Shown in pieces: positions 1-8,997 of a DNA stretch of 64,000 nt. Numbering within the stretch: position 1 is the first letter of the stretch; every line of letters starts with the position of its first letter. A program made the translations under genes and the position numbers. The stretch lies in contig CAVXYC010000025.1 of NCBI GenBank assembly GCA_963765765.1, positions 61,092-125,091 on the forward strand, written 5' to 3'. The notes beneath the pieces are model-generated. The model was not told where the DNA came from, searched no databases, and saw only the letters and a list, made by a program, of their open reading frames with translations. This stretch comes from an uncultured Chloroflexia bacterium. Lineage in GTDB: Bacteria > Chloroflexota > UBA6077 > JACCZL01.

Positions 1-577
1 TGCTCAGATCCGGATGTGACTTCGTTGTACCGGTATCAAGAATTGCGATAGCCGGCGCCGCTGATCGGGTCGCGTCGGTCCACGCCTCGAAGGCGTCGAT
101 GTCGGCATCCTGGCTGTTGTTATATCCCCATTGCTTGCTTACCAGAGGGTCATTGGGTGCCGGGGGAGCCGGGGTGACTGGCGCGACGGGTTTCACCTGG
201 GCGTAATACCGGCCGTTCACCTCGGCGAATGCAACCTTTGGCTCCTTACGGTACTCCGCCGCCTGCTCCTTCTCCTTGCCGCGCGGTGCGGTCACGAGCT
301 CGGTATTGAGGTTGGGGAGCTCTTTCTTGACACTCGCGCCGCGGCGCTGGTGGACTTCGCTCTTGTCCTTTTCGGACGCATCCTTCTTGAAACCCACCAG
401 GATCTCGCCGGCCGCGAAGGTGGGCGGGTCTTGGCCCGGTGTCCCGAGCTCGGGCCTATTCTGCTCGGGCTCGCTGGGTTTGGCAACGACAGGCGCGGCC
501 GGCGAAAGAGCGGATATCGATAGGAGCAGCGCTGCAGCAGTGAAGCCGAGGCGGGTCAACAGGGCGGAAGATGTCAT
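1..577 (-). CDS. S8 family serine peptidase (subtilase), 5' part, runs off window edge
   Basis: Manual translation from ATG 577: signal peptide MTSSALLTRLGFTAAALLLS, propeptide (GEILVGFK...VAFAEVN), PNDPL..KQWG, DADIDAFEAW, catalytic-Asp motif AIAILDTG..SHPDL. Not in the ORF track because it is open-ended. Confidence 0.88.
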   Translation of the reverse strand, partial: MTSSALLTRLGFTAAALLLSISALSPAAPVVAKPSEPEQNRPELGTPGQDPPTFAAGEILVGFKKDASEKDKSEVHQRRGASVKKELPNLNTELVTAPRGKEKEQAAEYRKEPKVAFAEVNGRYYAQVKPVAPVTPAPPAPNDPLVSKQWGYNNSQDADIDAFEAWTDATRSAAPAIAILDTGTTKSHPDLS

Positions 578-630
578 AGAGCTTCCCGGTCCAAACGCCG
601 CAGGAATTTCAGCAGCACGGCGCGGACGCC

Positions 631-658
631 ATTGTAACGCGTGCCCCACGGCTGTCAA
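631..658 (-). promoter_or_regulatory. sigma70-like promoter of the subtilase gene
   Basis: Minus strand TTGACA-N16-TACAAT, about 55 bp upstream of ATG 577. Confidence 0.6.
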
Positions 659-1115
659 GAGTCACGTTCTAGTCAATCCACCGCGATCGTCGAATGCGTC
701 ACTTGAAGCGCGAAGCCAGAGCGGCATTGAGTGTCGCGTGAGATCGCTGATATGGATGCAGAGACCACTTGGGTTGTGCGCCCTAGAACCTTGAACCCAG
801 GAATTGCACCCAGCCCGCGGTGCCCACTGAATTGCATCCCTGCTCTGGGCGGAGCAAATCGTAGTGGCGTGCTCCACCACAGACTGATTCCTGGGCGTAA
901 GGCCGGTCTCCGAGTAGCGCATCTCCAGCAGGCAAAGGAAAAGTGCCATGACAGTGCGTTCTGGCGCCATCGACTAGCTGGACGTGTTCACCGCCCATGC
1001 GTTGTTTTGACGGTGAGATGCCGATACCATCACGCACGGAACGCTGCTCGCCTTGGGCCGTGGTGTCGGTCCGGTAAGGGGCCGCGGATCATGCGCTGAG
1101 CAGGGGAGAATCTTT

Positions 1116-2600
1116 ATGTCGCTTTTTGTCGTACGACATCAGCATGACGCTGAGCGCTGTCCCGCCCAAGATCCGCATATGGGTGCGAGACTCCTCAATA
1201 TCTTGAACCGCTCCAATGCGCGGGATCGCGGCATTCACATTCAGAGCGAGGCAGTTATCTCGGGAGAGCACACGCTTTTCATCACGCTGGAAGCGAATGA
1301 CGAGTCAGCGCTTCGGGACTTTATGGAGCCGTTTGCTCGCATGGGAAGCGTCGAGATCTTCCCCGCGGCCACGTGCGCCCGTGTGGCGGCCAGTGGCGGC
1401 TGTGCGGCGCCGCTTCCGGACCTGGATCCCAATCTCCCGGCCGTTGATCCAGAAGACGCCTGCCAGATAGCGCTCGAGGCCGGTCTTGTCGTACATCGCG
1501 CCCATCCGCTGAACGGTGAGACCTCGATTCCGGCTCTCATCGGCGGCTCGGTGATGCCCAATGCCCATTTCTATGTGCGCAATCATTTCCAGATTCCACG
1601 CCTTGATCCCACCGGCTGGCGCCTCAATGTATCTGGCCAGGTTGAGCGACCGCTGCAATTGAGCCTGCGTGAGCTGCACGGAATGCCTTCGCAGACGCTC
1701 GTTGTCACGCTGGAGTGCGCCGGTAATGGCCGGTCCCAGCTAGAGCCGCGCGTCGATGGCGAGCAATGGGAGCTAGGCGCGGTGAGCACCGCCGAATGGA
1801 CGGGTGTGCCGTTGAGAGAAGTGCTTGACCGCGTGGGGATCCGCCACAGTGAAGGGGAGATACTGTTCCGAGGTGCGGATGGCGGGACGGTTGATGGTGA
1901 AGAGGCGGCCATCCGTTTCGAGCGGAGTCTCCCGCTTGACATCGCTCGGAGCTCGGAAGCGTTGCTGGCCTACGCGATGAACGGAGAGCCGCTACCCGTG
2001 CACCATGGCTATCCCCTCCGTCTGATCATGCCGAGCTGGTACGCCGTAGCGTCGGTGAAGTGGCTCACGGATATCGAAGTTCGAGATCGGCCTGTGCTGG
2101 CGCATTTCCAGACGGCCCGGTACTTTTTTGAATGGCACCGAGATGGCCAGATCGTGCGCGAACCTGTGACGCTTCAACGCGTACGAGCCCTTGTAACCGA
2201 GCCAGCGCCAGACTCAGAGGTGGACAGCGGGGAGCTGGTGATTCGGGGTGTGGCCTGGTCAGGTGCGTCGCCGATCGCGCGAGTTGAGATAAGCACGGGC
2301 AATGGCCCATGGCAAGATGCGCGGCTTGTGAGCGACCGCCGGCGCCATAGCTGGCAGTGGTGGGAGCTGCTCACCACTGTGAACCAGGCTGGTCCGACCA
2401 CTATTCGCGCTCGGGCGACAGATTACGCGGGCCGCACCCAGCCGGACCAGCCCGAATGGAATCGCCTGGGATACGGAAACAACGCGGTCCAGACAGTGTC
2501 GATTCATGTTGTTCATGCCTTGAGCCCGGCGGGACTGGAGCGGCTGACATGTACTTCAAGCAGTTTCTCAACGAAGATTGCGGGTGCTCGTCATACCTGA
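1116..2600 (+). CDS. Sulfite oxidase-family molybdopterin oxidoreductase with an extra ~110-aa N-terminal domain
   Basis: FYVRNHF, TLECAGNGR (Mo-ligating Cys), GAVSTAEWTGVPL, AYAMNGEPLPVHHGYPLRL, SVKWL and C-terminal dimerisation domain (WNRLGYGNN). ATG 1116 follows GGGGAGA. The true stop may be ~2520 because the ORF overlaps the next gene. Confidence 0.9.
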   Translation: MSLFVVRHQHDAERCPAQDPHMGARLLNILNRSNARDRGIHIQSEAVISGEHTLFITLEANDESALRDFMEPFARMGSVEIFPAATCARVAASGGCAAPLPDLDPNLPAVDPEDACQIALEAGLVVHRAHPLNGETSIPALIGGSVMPNAHFYVRNHFQIPRLDPTGWRLNVSGQVERPLQLSLRELHGMPSQTLVVTLECAGNGRSQLEPRVDGEQWELGAVSTAEWTGVPLREVLDRVGIRHSEGEILFRGADGGTVDGEEAAIRFERSLPLDIARSSEALLAYAMNGEPLPVHHGYPLRLIMPSWYAVASVKWLTDIEVRDRPVLAHFQTARYFFEWHRDGQIVREPVTLQRVRALVTEPAPDSEVDSGELVIRGVAWSGASPIARVEISTGNGPWQDARLVSDRRRHSWQWWELLTTVNQAGPTTIRARATDYAGRTQPDQPEWNRLGYGNNAVQTVSIHVVHALSPAGLERLTCTSSSFSTKIAGARHT

Positions 2601-3661
2601 TCGCCGCGCGCGATTCGCATGAGTGCGCGGTGGTGGACCCAGCACTGGATATCGAACCCTACCTGGAAGTCATGCGCGAACGGGAGATGACGCTGCGGTA
2701 CGTCATCGACACTCACTTGCACGCGGACCACGTGTCAGGAAACCGTCGCCTCGCGGCTGAGGGCGGCGTGCCGGTCTACCTGGGGCGCGACGCCGACGTA
2801 CGGTTCCCGTTTGAGCCACTCCAGGATGGGCAAGTGCTGAGCCTGGGGCAAGTTTTACTCTCCGTTCTCCAAACGCCCGGCCATCGGCCAGAGTCGATCT
2901 CGCTATTGATCACAAATCCCCCACGGAGCCCCGAGCCGTCCATGGTCCTGACGGGTGATTGCCTGTTTGTGGGTGACGTCGGTCGGCCCGACTTTGGCGG
3001 CCCGGACGCCGCCGCGCAACAGTACGTAAGTACCCAGCGGCTTCTGGCACTTCAAGACTACGTCGAGGTGTTTCCGGCCCACTTTGAGGGTTCGTGCGGT
3101 CGCGGGATGTGTGGCCGTCCGAGCTCAACAATCGGATTCGAGCGACGATTCAACCCGATGCTGCAATTAGCCCGGCAGGAGGAGTTTGTTCGCGAGCTCA
3201 CGGGATCGAGGCCGGCGAAGCCGCTGAATATGGAATCCATCATGGCGACGAACCAGGGGGAATCCAGCTTGAGCTGGGCGATGCTGCGCCACCCGCTACC
3301 GCATGTGCAGGACGTTTCCGTCGAGGATGCGCATCCCAAGGTGGAGCGCGGCGAGTGGTGGGTGCTCGACGTGCGAGAGAATGAGGAATGGCAGCGCATG
3401 CACATTCCCGTCGCTCATCACATTCCTCAATGGCAGCTCGCGTCCCGCTTGGCTGAGATTCCAAGTAACGCCACACCGCTCGTCGTCTGCCAGAGCGGAA
3501 TGCGGTCGCATCGCGCGGCGCAATTTCTGAAGCAGGCCGACTTTCCTGTCGTCTTCAGTCTGGCTGGAGGCACGGCCGGCTGGCAGCAGGCGGGATATCC
3601 GGTGGACTCAGGTGAGCCAGAATCAGCTGTTGAACTGAGCGAGGTCGTCGGGCCTCATTGA
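2549..3661 (+). CDS. MBL-fold persulfide dioxygenase-like hydrolase fused to a rhodanese domain (CstB/Blh-like)
   Basis: DTHLHADH, TPGH, TGDCLFVGDVGRPD, PAHF..SCG; C-terminal rhodanese LDVRE..EW...HIP and VCQSGMRS. Start MYFKQF at 2549. Confidence 0.9.
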   Translation: MYFKQFLNEDCGCSSYLIAARDSHECAVVDPALDIEPYLEVMREREMTLRYVIDTHLHADHVSGNRRLAAEGGVPVYLGRDADVRFPFEPLQDGQVLSLGQVLLSVLQTPGHRPESISLLITNPPRSPEPSMVLTGDCLFVGDVGRPDFGGPDAAAQQYVSTQRLLALQDYVEVFPAHFEGSCGRGMCGRPSSTIGFERRFNPMLQLARQEEFVRELTGSRPAKPLNMESIMATNQGESSLSWAMLRHPLPHVQDVSVEDAHPKVERGEWWVLDVRENEEWQRMHIPVAHHIPQWQLASRLAEIPSNATPLVVCQSGMRSHRAAQFLKQADFPVVFSLAGGTAGWQQAGYPVDSGEPESAVELSEVVGPH

Positions 3662-3692
3662 GCACCAGCCCGCGGCGTAGTCGGGTCGCTAC

Positions 3693-3941
3693 ATGGCGAA
3701 GGACAGAGTGCCCAATCACATTTCGTGTGACTGGGCACTTTGGAATGAACCTCGTGGCGTTACGCCGCGATTGGCACCTGGCCTGCCGCGACTTCGCCTT
3801 GAGCGCGAGTGTCGACTCGTCGCGCGCTGGCGATCGTCGGATCGCCGGCCTCGGCGGAGCGGTTTCGACACCATCAGCTTCATGTTCAGCGCCGACAATC
3901 CATACACGGGTGTCGATGTCGACGATTGCCGGGCCGCTTAA
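3693..3941 (+). pseudogene. Remnant of a phage/MGE primase-polymerase (NrS-1 polymerase-like N-terminus)
   Basis: WALW...GFDTISFMFSADNPYTGVDVDDC resembles the GIGFVF..DPYxGxDLDxC motif; truncated. Confidence 0.5.
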
Positions 3942-4069
3942 CTAACCGCTGGCATCCTATCCCGAGGTTCGCCGATCCGGTGCATCCGTGCTCGGTGGGC
4001 AGATGAATCGAGGGCATGCCACAGCCGGGCAAGCCGAGGTCACTGGATCAGTGATCGCGGAGCAGCTGA

Positions 4070-6211
4070 CTACTTTGCCGTTGCCTGGTAGACCCCGTCC
4101 CAATCGGTTGCTGGCGGGTCGCGCTGCAGCTCTAAAGCGCGGCAACGCAGCTCGTCGGCCGCGCTATCGGTTGGGCGCTTCACCAATGCTTCGCCGAAGA
4201 GCTCCGCCGCTTGCGAGAACTCGCGCGACACATAGGCTGAAAAGCCCGCTTCGTATCGATCACGCGCGGCAAGCAAGTCGGGATCCACGCTTCCTTGCTC
4301 TCCCAGGAGCTCGTATACCCCGGTCCAGCTGGTGCGACCGACCACCGCGACACGGTCGAGCGACCGCCATTCGAACGCGTCTTCAGTCGCCTGGACGACC
4401 TGGTCGCTCGCCAGGATACACGTCCTATACACCTTGTTGAGTCCCTCCAATCGGCTGGCCAGATTCACGACATCGCCGATGGCCGTGTAGTCAAATCGCT
4501 CCGGAGTACCGATGTTCCCGATGATTGCCTGCCCCGTATGGAGGCCAATACGCGTCCGCAAGACCGGTTGGCCTGATTCCGCCCAGGCCGTATTGAGCCG
4601 CTGGACTCTCGTGTGCGCCGCCAAGGCGGCCCTGCACGCCGCGGCGGCGTGGTCCTGGAGCGGCACCGGTGCATTGAACATGGCAAGAATGCCGTCACCG
4701 ATGAATTTGTCGACCGATCCGTGGTGTTCGTGCAGCGTGGCTGTCATGGTCTGAAGGTAGGTCCCGAGATGCTCCACCAGCACGTCGGGTGCGACGGATT
4801 CGCTGATGCGAGTGAACCCCTCGATGTCCGAGAAGAAGATCGTCACCGGTCGGAACTCGCCTCCAAGACGAGCTTCCTCGCCGCTGACCACGAGCTCGCG
4901 GACCAGCTCGAGGGGCACGTATCGGCTGAACGACCGTAAGCTCGCCTTCATCCGGCCGGTCGCGACGCTCACGGTGTCAATCTCGCGGATAAAGCACCGC
5001 GGCGGCTGGCCGTCGCTCATGTCGAATCGGGCGATTCTCGCGAGGTTCGATGCAACCGCGCTCAAGGAGCCCGTAATCTGGCGGGAGATAGACCACCCCA
5101 CCAGCAAGGCCAGGGTCAGAATGCCGAGCCCGACCATCGTTGCTCGGTGCAATCCGTCCGTGACTGCTCCGAGAAGCTGATCCTCTGGAATGAGGCCCAG
5201 AAGAACATACTCGAACTCATCGGTCACGCGATGAGCGCTGACGCTTCCCAGCCATTCAGCCCCACCCACTTCAAATCGAAGGTCCGAAATCTCGTCCACG
5301 GGCTGGGCGCCCGCACGGGGGATGAGGCCGTCCAGAGCGGGCTTGACCGCTGATTGGCCAACAATGTCGTCGGGCGACACCGAGCTGGCCAACGTGCTGC
5401 CCGCGCGAGTAAGCACGATATAGGTGGCGCCACTGACATGAGAGCGGCCTTGGCCGAAGGCGGCGAGCGTATTCGAGAGCTCAGTCAGGCGGAAATCCAT
5501 GCCGAACACGCCTCGAACGGCGCCGTCTGGCTGATCGCGCAGCGCCAGCGCAGCGGTGATGCCGCGCACACCGTCGGGAAATGCGTATGGCTCGGTCCAG
5601 ATCGTTCGGTTGGATACAGACGCCAACTGATACCAATCCCGCTGCCGTGGGTCGTACCCCACAACCGCGTCGCGGAACAGTGGCTCCCGAGCTCCGTCAG
5701 TGCCGATGCGCCATTCGTCACGCCGACCACCGTTGAGTCCCAGCTCCGACATGCCGAGTACGGTCGAAGCATCGGCGCGCGAGCGGGAGGCGATGACAAA
5801 TCGACCGCTGTGCGCGTCGCCGTAGTAGATTCGATCAATCTGGTCGAAGACCGTGACACGCTGGGTGGCGAGGTCCGCGAGTGCCTCCTGATCGTCCACG
5901 TCGAGCTGACCAAACAGCGCTCGATTCCGCGCATCGGTAAGTACGGGCGCAGCGGTTTGAAAAATCGCCGACATGCGCGTAGCGGTCGCCAATGCCGTGA
6001 CCCGAAAGATCTGATCCCCGAGGTCTTTCACCGCACGGCTCGTGGCCTCACGTTGGACTTCGAGGACAGAGCCAACCGTGATCACGAGTAACGCCAGCAT
6101 CATGGTCAGGACCATGGTCGTCAACGAGGGCTGAGGACGGAAGTGGAACCGTCTCGCTGGTCCGCGCGTCAGCTCCGACCGTTCAGAAATCTGCACTGGA
6201 CCCGAACTCAT
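4070..6211 (-). CDS. Class III adenylate cyclase with extracytoplasmic Cache sensor and HAMP-like linker
   Basis: Two TM helices; YDPRQRDWY and WTEPYAF (dCache); FFSDIEGFT, DKFIGDGI, TAIGDVVNLASRLEG; TPR-like tail ending WDGVY. Confidence 0.93.
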   Translation of the reverse strand: MSSGPVQISERSELTRGPARRFHFRPQPSLTTMVLTMMLALLVITVGSVLEVQREATSRAVKDLGDQIFRVTALATATRMSAIFQTAAPVLTDARNRALFGQLDVDDQEALADLATQRVTVFDQIDRIYYGDAHSGRFVIASRSRADASTVLGMSELGLNGGRRDEWRIGTDGAREPLFRDAVVGYDPRQRDWYQLASVSNRTIWTEPYAFPDGVRGITAALALRDQPDGAVRGVFGMDFRLTELSNTLAAFGQGRSHVSGATYIVLTRAGSTLASSVSPDDIVGQSAVKPALDGLIPRAGAQPVDEISDLRFEVGGAEWLGSVSAHRVTDEFEYVLLGLIPEDQLLGAVTDGLHRATMVGLGILTLALLVGWSISRQITGSLSAVASNLARIARFDMSDGQPPRCFIREIDTVSVATGRMKASLRSFSRYVPLELVRELVVSGEEARLGGEFRPVTIFFSDIEGFTRISESVAPDVLVEHLGTYLQTMTATLHEHHGSVDKFIGDGILAMFNAPVPLQDHAAAACRAALAAHTRVQRLNTAWAESGQPVLRTRIGLHTGQAIIGNIGTPERFDYTAIGDVVNLASRLEGLNKVYRTCILASDQVVQATEDAFEWRSLDRVAVVGRTSWTGVYELLGEQGSVDPDLLAARDRYEAGFSAYVSREFSQAAELFGEALVKRPTDSAADELRCRALELQRDPPATDWDGVYQATAK

Positions 6212-6410
6212 CGTGCAGAAGCGAATCCCTCACCCACCTCTGGGCCATTGAGTGACACATCCTCGGAGCGCGTGCGTCGCACCGCAGTTCCCACTAGGAC
6301 CCGGGCCGATTCGCCCGCGAGCACGGCAAGTGGTCCCACACAGAACAGGGCGAAAGACTCGCCGGGCCCTCGAGGACCCCGGGGTCACGCGCACCGTTCG
6401 CTACGGCTCC

Positions 6411-6686
6411 GGCGTCGACGGGGGCGCCTTCGGCTCCGGCGCCGACGGGGGCGCCTTCTTAACGCGTCCGAGCGTATCCTTAAGTGTCTGAGAGAGGGGA
6501 GCGGCATCGACGGCTCGTGCCACCCGCTCGATCTGGACGGCGGAGGGCCGCTTTCGCCGATGTGGCGGCGTGCCGTAACGACTCCGGAGCGGTGGTCAGT
6601 CGCCGCCGAGCATCTTCGCGGACTCGCGGCGATAGGGCAAGCCGTACCAACAGAATGCCGAAAACCACTCCGACTAACACCCGCAT
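6411..6686 (-). CDS. Small membrane-anchored protein with Pro-rich repeat tail (one frameshift)
   Basis: RBS AAGGAG, then MRVLVGVVFGILLVRLAL (TM). After a frameshift near 6545 it reads VQIERVARAVDAA...KAPPSAPEPKAPPSTPEP* (TAG 6411). 27-bp tandem repeat at 6414-6457. Confidence 0.5.
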
Positions 6687-6956
6687 AATGCTCTCCTTCG
6701 GTTGCGTTGAACGGTTGATGCACCGTCCGAGGCCGATTCAGGAGCGAAGTCCAAGAAGCCTGCCATCCCGACTGCTGGCAGCCCGTGCCGCGAGGGCAAC
6801 AGCGGACCCCATTCCAGTTACGGCTGAACGCATGTCGCGATCTTGGTCGCTCAGGAGCGGTGCAGAATCAGTTTCTCAATTCAATCCGCTGTGACGGGAT
6901 GTCAATCAACACCGAATGTCGGTGCCGTCCGTCCACCGGTCTGGTGGCACCGCCAC
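6620..6956 (-). repeat. Copy 1 of a ~335-bp diverged direct repeat (promoter + 5' leader + first codons)
   Basis: Aligns by eye with 11797-12131, with shared blocks such as CCAAGAAGCCTGCCATCCCGACTGCTGGC and CAGAATCAGTTTCTCAATTCAATCCGCTGTGACGGGA. Confidence 0.93.
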
Positions 6957-7346
6957 CGAGTAATGGCGTTTAGCGGCAAAGACTTGAAGACCGCGATGGT
7001 GCAGGGCATGTCCGCGGGCTGGGGAAAAGAGCAGCGGCAGGCTCCTGACGGCTAGGGATGCTTCTAGATCTGCACGGAGCACCGCCGCCCTAAAGCGAGG
7101 CTGATCGGCACAATCAGCTCGGGGCCCTCATTCGCCGATCGTTGGCCCGAACTCGTTGGCGAGGGCGATGGTGGCGGAGACGCAGCGCGTGTGACCATAG
7201 CCCTCACAAGCACATCACAGCGCGCCTGGCACGTTGAGATGCATGCCCGTGGACATAGCGTCCGCCTAGATGCATCCTCCATCAGATTGTGGTATATGCG
7301 TTCCTGCATAATGTGAAGGCGTTGACCCCGGGAAGGGGGTAAGTCC

Positions 7347-7560
7347 GTGGACACTCCACAGTGCGCTGATACAGAGCTTGTAGAACGTCTGACTGCCCGT
7401 GAGATCGAGGTGCTCTGTCTCGTAGCGGAAGGGTGCGATAACGAGACCATCGCGACCCGCCTGGTGCTCGATCGGGCTACGACTAGATCGGGCGACGATT
7501 CGAACACACGTGGCCCTGGTGCTCACCAAACTTGACGCGCATTCGCGGCTAACACGCTCG
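7347..7560 (+). pseudogene. LuxR/NarL-type HTH fragment
   Basis: ERLTAREIEVLCLVAEGCDNETIATRL, then frameshifted ...VLTKLDAHSR. Confidence 0.7.
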
Positions 7561-7924
7561 GTCTAGTACCAGTGAGTAGCCATTTAGACGGCTGTACCCT
7601 CCGCCGTGTGGGAACGCGCGGGGGAGCCACTGCTTACCCCGGTCCTTCACACTGGCTGGAGTTGAAAGAGTCACGCCCGGTCGCGCGCCTTCGAGGTGCT
7701 ATCGCTCAGATCGCTCCCACAATCGGCACGCGCTCATGCCGCGGGGTCAGCCGCTTCGCCAGCGCGCCGTGGTAGCCCTGCAACGAAGGCGGTGCACTCA
7801 CGAGCATGCATATATCTACACGGGAACCTATGTATAATGGCACGCCAACTGCATTGAATCCACGCTCGCCATTCGAACAGCGCCGGCGCGGCCGCGCTGA
7901 GGTGACTCTTGGGCAGGCTATATC

Positions 7925-8170
7925 ATGAACAACCAGGGCAGATACGAACAGACCGAGCAATTCCGGGTGGCGCTTGGCGCCGTTGAGCGTCGTCCGTCGG
8001 ACGAGGCCATCGCAGAACTGCGATTGGCCGCGGCTCCCATCTTGGACAGACTCCGAGCGGAGTATCGAGCTGCCGGACATACGGACGACGATGGCGCCGC
8101 GATGTTCCGCTGGCTTCGTGCCAAGCTGGCGGAACGCGACTCGATCGCCACGAGATCGTACGGCACTTAG
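7925..8170 (+). CDS. Hypothetical protein (81 aa)
   Basis: Clean ATG ORF with helical composition; TATAAT at 7833-7838 upstream. Confidence 0.5.
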   Translation: MNNQGRYEQTEQFRVALGAVERRPSDEAIAELRLAAAPILDRLRAEYRAAGHTDDDGAAMFRWLRAKLAERDSIATRSYGT

Positions 8171-8325
8171 CCTCACCGTTCAGCTCGCTGAATGTTTGGG
8201 CGACCGTCAGCTGTCAACGGTCACTGACGGTCGCCCTGACAGTTGGCGCTCTAGGTCCTCCACCCGTTCGCTAGGCGGCCCTTCTCCTCGGCGAGGCTGG
8301 CGATCTGCTCACGCATGGCGGCCAT

Positions 8326-8553
8326 CTCTGCGCTCCGGACGTAACGGACCTCAACGTGCCGTTCGGCAGTGTCATCGTCGTGGCCATGCTATTCGAGACG
8401 GATCGAGCTCCGTTTGTCGTCAAGAATCCGGCTTACGGCACGGTGGGCGGCGATCCTGTGTCGCTCGAAGTCCCGTGGCGCGAGGGCGCAACGACGCGAT
8501 CAGCTCGACGGCGTGACCTGCTTCGCCTTCCGCCGCTAGGGCTGGGGCTCTAG
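8326..8553 (+). pseudogene. Fragment resembling the C-terminal part of Schlafen/AlbA_2-domain proteins
   Basis: APDVTDLNVPFGSVIVVAMLFETDRAPFVVKNP...LEVPWREGATTRSARRRDLLRL; no 5' part. Confidence 0.4.
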
Positions 8554-8997
8554 CAGCGTCATGCCGTGCTTCCGCCAGAGCGCGTTTTGCTCTTCGGGCG
8601 GGATCGATCCGTCCCCGCGGGCGGCATACCGAGCGAGCAGCTCCTCGAAGAACCGCTCCATGCCCGCGGGAGTGAACAGCTCCAGGTACCGGGCCGGGGA
8701 GGCACTCGTCGCGGTGTAGTGGTGCACAGTATTGCGGGGCACCAGCACGAACGCACCGGCCCCAACGACGGCCGTCCACGCGCCGCTGAAGAACGTGAGT
8801 TCGCCCTCCAGGATGTACCACGCCTCTTCGGCGTTATGGTGGATGTGGGGCGGCGACCCTCGCCCCGTCGGCAAACGGTACTCCAGCAGGGTCAGCCCGC
8901 CCTGGCCGTGCTCCAAGCCCGTCTTCACGACCGTCGTCTCGGAGAGTCGTCGGCCCTGGTCCGGATGCACCACGACGATCCCATTCTCCGCCTGCAT
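8536..8997 (-). CDS. Cupin domain protein
   Basis: PPHIHHNAEEAWYILEGELTF...VPRNTVH, FTPAGMERFF; RBS AGGAGGT. Confidence 0.9.
   Translation of the reverse strand: MQAENGIVVVHPDQGRRLSETTVVKTGLEHGQGGLTLLEYRLPTGRGSPPHIHHNAEEAWYILEGELTFFSGAWTAVVGAGAFVLVPRNTVHHYTATSASPARYLELFTPAGMERFFEELLARYAARGDGSIPPEEQNALWRKHGMTLLEPQP

Noticed and set aside
131-1099. Plus-strand ORFs at the window start
   Set aside because: Antisense to the subtilase or lying in its promoter region; no recognisable motifs.
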